A stretch of 64,000 bases of DNA from Eledone cirrhosa (lineage: Eukaryota): NCBI GenBank assembly GCA_964016885.1, contig OZ024742.1:154442001-154506000 (forward strand), read 5' to 3'. Below, in pieces: positions 55,997-64,000 of the stretch. Position 1 is the first letter of the stretch, and each line of letters starts with the position of its first letter. The translations under genes and the position numbers were made by a program. Under the pieces are notes generated by a model. It made no database searches, was not told where the DNA came from, and saw nothing but the letters and a program-made list of their open reading frames with translations.

Positions 55997-57044
55997 GTTT
56001 CTACTTTAGGCATAAGGCCAGCAATTACACAGGGCATTACTGGTACTTCATTTTATCGACCCCGTAAATGTGCGTGTGTGTGTATGACATACGGGGGTGG
56101 TAGCCATGCAGAGCCTTTTCCTCGTTCCCACAAGTCAACTTTATGGATGTTGTTTAGCTGCAGATAAGCTGTGATCTAGACGAACTCGTTCGTCTCATTG
56201 CACCTTCATCTACATTCCTTCAGAAATCTGGTGCCAGTAAGAGCAGCGTTATACATGATTTATGTATATCAAATATCATAAGAGAAATGTTTGGTATTAG
56301 AAAGATAAGATATGAAATATTTAACAAATCTGTGATAGTTGGCAGTTATTGTGCTGGCTACACCTAAATATAACTGGTACGAATAAATACCTGTCATTTG
56401 CGATTTCTAGTATTCCTAATATGTTTTACTGTATAGCATATATTACATTATGTAAGCTGACGATGGAGATTTTACGTTGAATATCTTGAAAGGCCGGTCA
56501 AACATTCATATTTTGGAGAATGTGGCCCTATATACAATATAAATATACCGGTTGAGATTGTGCATACATGTTTAAAATGGAGTTAAATCCCGCCTGAGAT
56601 AACAATATTTGAACTCCCCTTACGTTTGATGTTGGAATTCTCATTGTAGTCATTTGGAACAAATTTCATAGCAATTGTTGTGACTATACTTGTGAGCTGA
56701 ACTCATTATAAATAGCAGACAAATGTCTCTCAACATATATACAACCGACGAAAGAGAGTTAAGACACATTTTACAATAGAAACTTTGATAGCTAAAACTA
56801 GCATAAAGTTAAATATCAGCATGCATTTGATCATTCGGGTATATACCCTATCAAAATTGCCCATGTATTAGATAACAATAGTAGATATTGTATATATTCT
56901 CATTAATAAAATATATCCTCCATTTTTAAATACAAATTATATTTAAATATATTTTAGATAGAATATTTTTATATTTGAATTATTTTTTTTTATGGAATAT
57001 ATGTAAATATAGTTTAATAGAAAAATAAAAATAAAGAAAATTTA

Positions 57045-57385
57045 CATTCAGAAGAATGGAATGTAAAATAGCAAAATAGAGAGAATAAAGAGAAACAGAA
57101 AGAAAAAACGGAAATGGGAGGTAATGGCAAGAACTCTAGTGTCATAGAAGAATGCGGATGGGAGAGAGGGAGGATGATTGGGCTCTGCGCCTAGGGTGCG
57201 ACCGTAGATGGGCTGAACGCTCGGGCAAGACCGCAAAACCATTACCGCGGACTGTAGTCAGCGACACAGCTGCAACAGCCACCCACCTCCTGGAACACCT
57301 TCTTCAAGCAGGCCGCTGACGTAACGGCCTTGCGGAGGAGTTCGGCTGTACGGGTCCGAAATTAAGCTGCCAGGAGTAGAATGTG
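57045..57385 (-). mobile_element. Probable 3' end of a Tx1/L1-like LINE
   Basis: GC-rich block reading RRWVAVAA..VRGNG followed by a pyrimidine-rich tail. Confidence 0.35.
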
Positions 57386-57564
57386 AAATGATTTCTAATA
57401 GTGTTGGTCAAAATATTTCCCTATTTTCAACAAATTTACATTAATTAAAAACGAACACTGTCGCCGGGCAACCACCGCTCAAATCATATCCAATCCCGAA
57501 TGTAAATAATCTACTATGGGTTAATTATAAGAGTGTTAATTCAATGGGATATATATATATATAG

Positions 57565-57642
<78 letters not shown>

Positions 57643-57856
57643 TGTGTGTTGTGTGTGTGTGTGTATGTTTTGTATGTGTGTGTATCTATGTTTATATATA
57701 GATATATATATATACCCAGTGAGTGTAACGCGGAATTACTGTAGGTACACCCGGGTGAGCACTCGGTGTTTAGGTACATGTCATTAAAGAGGTGTAGATC
57801 TACACAGCTGTAATATTAAACGACGAATGGTCAATCCTTCACGACGTTTATTGGTT

Positions 57857-57931
57857 GGTGACGTGCGTTTCGCTACTGATCATCTCAATGATCGATCTGC
57901 GTCGATCTGGCTTAATCTACTTCGTCGGACT
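57857..57931 (-). ncRNA. Degenerate hammerhead
   Basis: gt CCGACGA ... gc GAAA cg-ca-cg TC ac; inverted partial copy at 57947-57971. Confidence 0.5.
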
Positions 57932-58035
57932 TTTTTCATTACTACTACACGCGTCACCAACCGCTAAACGTAATGGAGGAGTATCCATTCGTCCTTGTAT
58001 TAGTATTATTATTATATATATTATTATTATTATAT

Positions 58036-58215
58036 ATCGGTAGAGTGTCGGACGCCGTGCTTTCCAGCATAGTTACGTCCCTTTACGATCTGAGTTCAAA
58101 TCCCGCCGAGGTTGACTTTGCCTTTCATCCTTACGGGGTCGATAAAATAAAGTACCAGTAATGCACTGGGTAATTGCTGGCCTTGTGCCTAAAGTACTAA
58201 AGTAGAAACAATTAT
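58036..58215 (+). mobile_element. SINE, slightly 5'-truncated
   Basis: Matches 40197-40386. Confidence 0.9.
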
Positions 58216-58225
58216 GATTATATAT

Positions 58226-58263
<38 letters not shown>

Positions 58264-59629
58264 CGTCTGATGTCAAGTATATTTTCCATGTGTTTCTTCA
58301 AAGTATCGATATTTTTCGAACAATGATATTAAGAACTGCTCGAAAATTGTGCACAACAAGTTTCTGCAATACATCTCCACACCTCTAAGGGAACATGTAT
58401 CATATTCCATTTGATGCAGCATAGCAAATCGCTGTTCCCTTTCCTAAAACTGTGAGACTATCCAAGAATTGTGATATTTTGCTCTCGCATCTGTTCTATC
58501 ACAAAATCTAGCTTTCCCATCTGTTTTATGCAACGCATATGCCATGATCCGAAGTTAATGTTGTTTACCTTCTCGCTTATATTTTCCTCAAACAACAGTG
58601 AGGGCTACGCCAATACCTAATGGGTCGTATGGTTAATTCATCATTGAGAAGATTATTTCATTATTTTTCTTCATCAATATATATATATTCACACACAGAG
58701 CCTCGTTATCAAAGCATAATAATAAATGCTTTGACTGAAGTCAACGTATATTATATAAACACAAATTGACAGAAAAGAAACATACTAAGGAATTTTTTTT
58801 TAGGTTATAACTCACACAACAATAATCTCAAAACTACATACTGTTCTTGTTTTGGGGATTTTTTTAGATATAATATACGGAATTGTCACGAAGTTTCCAT
58901 TTCCGTGTGATATTATATACTTACAAGTTTGTTTGAAGTTAAGTGTATATATAGGTATGTTTTTTTCTATGAATGCATATATGTATGCGAGTGTGTGTTT
59001 GCTCGGCTGATTTCATGTGTGAATTCTAGTATGTGAGTGGTTTGAGTTGTGTTTACATCCGAAATATTATTAACCAAATTATGTAAGTTTTAATATCAAT
59101 GGAGAGGATATATCTTTGAACCTTCATTGAGCAGAGGATCACTTGGGACTTACACCTTGCTACATATTTCAAGCAAAACTCATTGTCTATTGATTCCGAT
59201 CGAGTTTATTGCGTTAAAGAAATTAAATACTTTTCAAAATGTCAAATAAATGTAATGTATATTTATGATTATCTTTAAACAATTTAGTGTTTCTAACGCC
59301 CGCACAGATAATCAAAAGTATAATTTACTGATGATATAAAACCTTTGAATATGTCATATAATCATTTATATTTTGTCTTTTACCCCATGATTTCCAAAGA
59401 TTATAAAATAATTTTTTCTAACTGTAATTATTTTATTTCCATCGCACTCTAAACATGAATACATACCGTGGAAAGTCCAATTTGTTTTATTTAAACAATT
59501 ACTGCATATTTACAATGTTGTCCATCGAAGACTAAGTTTCCAAAAAAATATAAATGTAGTTCAGTTAAAATTATTGTTGTGTGTGACTCATGCGACTACA
59601 AATCTGCAGCTAGAAACATATATTATAAT

Positions 59630-60010
59630 AATAATTGTTTCTACTTTAGGCACAAGGCCAGCAAATACCCAGTGCATTACTGGTACTTTATTTTATCTAC
59701 CCTGTAAGGATGAAAGGCAAAGTCAATAATAATGCTTTCTGATTTAGGTAAATAAGCCGCAAGTTTGGTACTTTAATTTCGATAAATACACCGTAAGGAT
59801 GAAGGACAAAGATAACCTCGGGGTGAATTGAACTCAGAACGTAGAGAACCGAAACTGTATGCCGCAAAGCATATTGCCCGAGGCTATACCGATACTACCA
59901 ATCCCCACCCTGTAATAATTATTTCTAATTTAGTCAGAAACCCAATGATTTGGGAGGAGAGGAAAGTCGATTATCTCGACACCAGGGCATTACCGTTGCT
60001 TTATTTTATC
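59630..60010 (-). mobile_element. Cluster of partial SINE copies
   Basis: Reverse-complement tail, core and B box. Confidence 0.75.
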
Positions 60011-60559
60011 GCTTTAATTTATTAATATCATACAGATTAGGCAAATAAATATAATATCTTATATATAATGTGTATGCAGTCACTTTAAAGATGAGCTTTT
60101 TAAGGAAAGAAAAATCCGAGCATGATAAATTTCTACGTGGCTATAGTCTAAATTCGAACCTCAGAGTACATTTGAATTAATGTCAAAACATTGCAGAATT
60201 AATAGGAGGAAATTGAAAACATATAAAATATGAGATTATAAGTATATGAACTAAAAATGCATTCCTCAAGATGAGGTTAGAGACATAATATGAATTACGT
60301 ATGGAATCGCATAATCAAAACTGTTACTTGAAATCAGTTTGTGATCTGATATGGCTGGATATATATGGGGGTCTTAAAACAACAATTTTCTGACAACAGA
60401 GAAAGTAACTTCAATATATCAAACAAAATAATTATCAAAAGAAATTAGATTTTTTCTCGATGTTGAACTTTGCCGATATAAAGTATTTATTCTACCTCCC
60501 ACTAAAAGCCCAGCTTTTTTTTACTCTTGTTAATTAACATTAAATCTAAAATTAAGTTG

Positions 60560-60935
60560 AAAAGTTGTATTCACTTGGTAAATGCTATTCTGGAAAATCA
60601 AAACACACCTATGGTTATAAAAGTGAGAAAATAAATAAGTATGATAATCATTATCACAAAACAAAGAAAGATTTAACAATGGCAAGTTGCACATCAATGA
60701 CAGCAAAGCGACCAGACATTATAGTTCATGTTGAAGAACAAAAGCTAATGATGCTAATTGATATTGTTATTAGATTGTCGAATTACTGACAAAGAATGAA
60801 TATTAGCAACAAAAAGAAAAATGAAATAGAAATATTATGATCTCAGGTTATAGTTTTTCACAATCTAGATGGAGATATATGGAGCCTAATCTTAAAATCA
60901 CAACAATAACTATTTGAGATCTAGACACAATAACC
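60560..60935 (+). pseudogene. Restriction-like endonuclease fragment of an R4-like element
   Basis: AKRPDIIVHVEEQKLMMLIDIV (RPD...ID motif). Confidence 0.65.
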
Positions 60936-61407
60936 AAGTGTGATAGTTTCAAATCTATGAATGAATCTTGGCGTAAACTTCATATTTTCTTCATTCTAGA
61001 ATCGAACGCGTTCAGATAATTTTCAGCAAAAATTTAACGCTAATTTTCTTTATCTGAAATACTTGATGACTATATTATAGTAATAATAAAGATACTTTCT
61101 AAAGTATTAATACATCCCGTCAAATAAGATGAATATTATTTTATTTTATCAACGCCCGAAGAGTGAAAATTAGCATCAGCCCCGATGGTATTTGAACAAA
61201 TAACATAAAATATAATAAATAAAAGATGTAGAGCAATCAGCTTACTTTGCACACTAATAAAATTTAACTATCGTATTGCATTAGCATTTTACTGAACGTA
61301 TCATTGTCAAGGCTTTCATTCTGGCTTACAAATGCCAGACAGACGGCGTGGTATACTGGGATTCTGAAACCTGAGAATCTGGGAATTCCTCTTTAAGATG
61401 TCTCAAA

Positions 61408-61590
61408 AATAATTGTTTCTACTTTAGGCACAAGGCCAGCAATTACTCAGTGCGTTACTGGTACTTTATTTTATCGACCCCGTAAGGATGAAAGGCAAAG
61501 TTAACCTCGGCGGGATTTGAACTCAGATCGTAAAGGGACGTAACTATGCTGGAAAGCATGGCGTCCGACCCTCTACCGATACTGCCAATC
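61408..61590 (-). mobile_element. SINE
   Basis: TSD tcaaaaataat. Confidence 0.92.
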
Positions 61591-62097
61591 AAAAATAATG
61601 TGAGATAATTTTCATTTCGTCTATTATATTTGGTGAAATAACAAACACAAAAACAAAAACGCACGCGCGCCCACACACACACGCACATACACACTCACAC
61701 ACGCACACATATATATATGATGGAATTCAAATGTTTCTATTTCACAAATTCCATTCACAAAACATTGCTCAACCCAAGGGATGGAACCCACAACGTTGTA
61801 ATTAAGGATGTAAAACAAAATTTTCCTCAGCGAGATTTGAATATACACCGCAGGCTGCCGGAGCAAATGCAATAACTTATTTTAAAGCCCGCGCTAAATA
61901 TCCTGTCAATATTCTATCGCTTTTGCGCTAAGTGTAAATGTATGTAGGTTTATTAAACGGTTAATATACATTAAGAGATACAATCATATACACAAGGAGA
62001 AACATAGTTATAAATTCATGAATACATACATACATATATTTGTGTAAATATATACATATATATGTGTTTGTGTGTGTGTGTAAATATGTATATATAT

Positions 62098-62375
62098 ATA
62101 TTGTTATACTTGGGTGGTGGGGGGCATATTGTTATAATATTGGCAGAAATAATAACAGAACTCCCTCATAGTTTGGTTTGGGCTGGTTTTCGCTTCGGTA
62201 TCTTTGTATTTTTAACCGTTGGTCAATCAATTATAAACATTGATTGCCAAATAAATTAACTATGGGGAAATAAAAATACAGAAGCGAAAACCAACCCAGA
62301 CCCAACAGTGAGTGTGCTCTGTTATTATTTCTGGTAATATTATAACTATATAACCCACCCTAAGTATAATAATAT
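62098..62375. repeat. Diverged inverted repeat (62098-62214 / 62271-62375) between TA runs
   Basis: Arms align as reverse complements. Confidence 0.8.
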
Positions 62376-62421
62376 TTGTTTCGACACACGATTTCATATC
62401 TAATACTTTGCAAAATAAATA

Positions 62422-62477
<56 letters not shown>

Positions 62478-64000
62478 TGTGTTTGTTTAATTTTTTATCT
62501 ATTGGTCTGCATAAATTATAATTAATGACAGGAAATAAAACGATTACATATATTATATCTTTCGTGTCACCGCTTGTTTGAATGTTAAGAAAACCAAATA
62601 CAAGCGTGCTTATTTTTAAGTAAAGCTACATTAAGACATACGCTCCACATAGAATCAAACACTTATATATATTTCCATTTAAATGTTTATCTTTTACAAA
62701 ATATATATAGTTACGCATGTATACATACAAATACTTGTGTGTGGCCGCGTGCGCGTGTGTGTCTGTGTGTATGGATGTGCGTGCGCTTTCTTTTTTTCAT
62801 GAATGATTAAAAGCTCTTTCGAAACCATGAAATACGAGATAACATATCAGAATGACTTTCAAGTAGGCCATTTTATCTTTAGCTGTGGCAAATATACCCG
62901 TCCTTTTTAAGATTAAAACACATAATTATCAGTGTAGAGTTTAATTAGGAATATCTAAAATTGGCTTAGGCGGCATCGAATGAATAGAACTGGGAAGGAT
63001 ACATAAGAGGCAACATATTGATAAGTTCATTTGCCTGATAGTGTTGCTATATACCTACAATCATATACAAATACGTCTTTGTGTAAACGGTAAAGTTATC
63101 GCAGATGAGATACTGTGGCTGTGCAGAAGTGTTTTCCTTCTTTTTTTTCCAATACTTTTGTATTATTCTGAGAACGCCATTCACTGTGTTTAGACCCAGT
63201 TTGATTTTCATTTCAAATGTGCAGCGAGAAATATTCCAAACTTGACCTCATTAACATCGTAGTGTATATCAAACGCTTAACGTTAAAAGACACAAAATAC
63301 AAAATATAACAACACATGGAAACTGTTATCGAAACGTTATTCTTTCAAAGTTTCATTGGATACGCTAGCTTAAAGGCAACCTCAAAGATATGTAAGCAAC
63401 AAGGATAGCGGCATTTAGATCAGAAATCACAACGTAGAAACGTCTCTAAAAGTTCAATACGTAGTGCATTTACGAAATGTTATTGTAACTACTATTCTCA
63501 AGATAAGAATATATCATAATTTGTTATTCCTTTTTATTCACTTCATATAAAATCTTCAAAATCAATGCAGATTTATGAACATTACAAATTCGTCACGGAC
63601 ATGTGAAGGACACATCTATTTTATATCAATAAACCCCGCGCATAACTGGTACTTATTTCACTAACATCCAGAGAAAGAGGAAATTAATCCTATCTAGATT
63701 TCTACTCGTAAGTGTAAGACATTTAACAATAAAATACTCGAACAATCAGTCAGAGGCTCTGGTAGTTTAATTATTTCCTAAATCCTTGTGATCTCCTCCT
63801 CTGTATTGCTTTCAAAGAAAGTGTATTATAATAATAGCGTAAATGATAAAGCGAAACTGCGGGAATGTATATATAAACATATACATATTTATTGTTTGTA
63901 TACAAAATGTACAATATCATTAACCGTAATAGATTGCTAGGGTTAATTTTGTCATGTGGAATATCTGGTAACCATTAAGCTGTAAGTACGCTGTGTTCGA

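Noticed and set aside
56090-56250. HDV-like ribozyme suggested by ttcctcg
   Set aside because: P1 only 4 bp and no P2/P4 found; probably a repeat fragment.

Overview
AT-rich animal genomic DNA; the (TA)n, (CA)n and triplet microsatellites and the SINE type suggest an octopod cephalopod (inference). I found no host protein-coding exon I can support, and nearly all listed ORFs are microsatellite noise. Recognisable mobile elements are: three Penelope-like (PLE) RT/GIY-YIG remnants from two lineages, RTE, R4/Dong-like and Tx1/L1-like LINE relics, a non-autonomous Helitron, and more than 15 copies of one tRNA-derived SINE. The striking feature is about 25 hammerhead ribozyme (HHR) motifs from roughly a dozen unrelated short sequence families, almost all abutting (TA)n tracts and often in head-to-head palindromes. 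They include U3-A8 core variants, a CAGAAGA (U4A) core, very long stem-II versions and family-specific palindromic stems III. There is also a 322-nt retrozyme-like unit and a pair of inverted HHR-bearing ends enclosing a 500-bp coding-like fragment. All folds were read by eye and none has been tested for activity.
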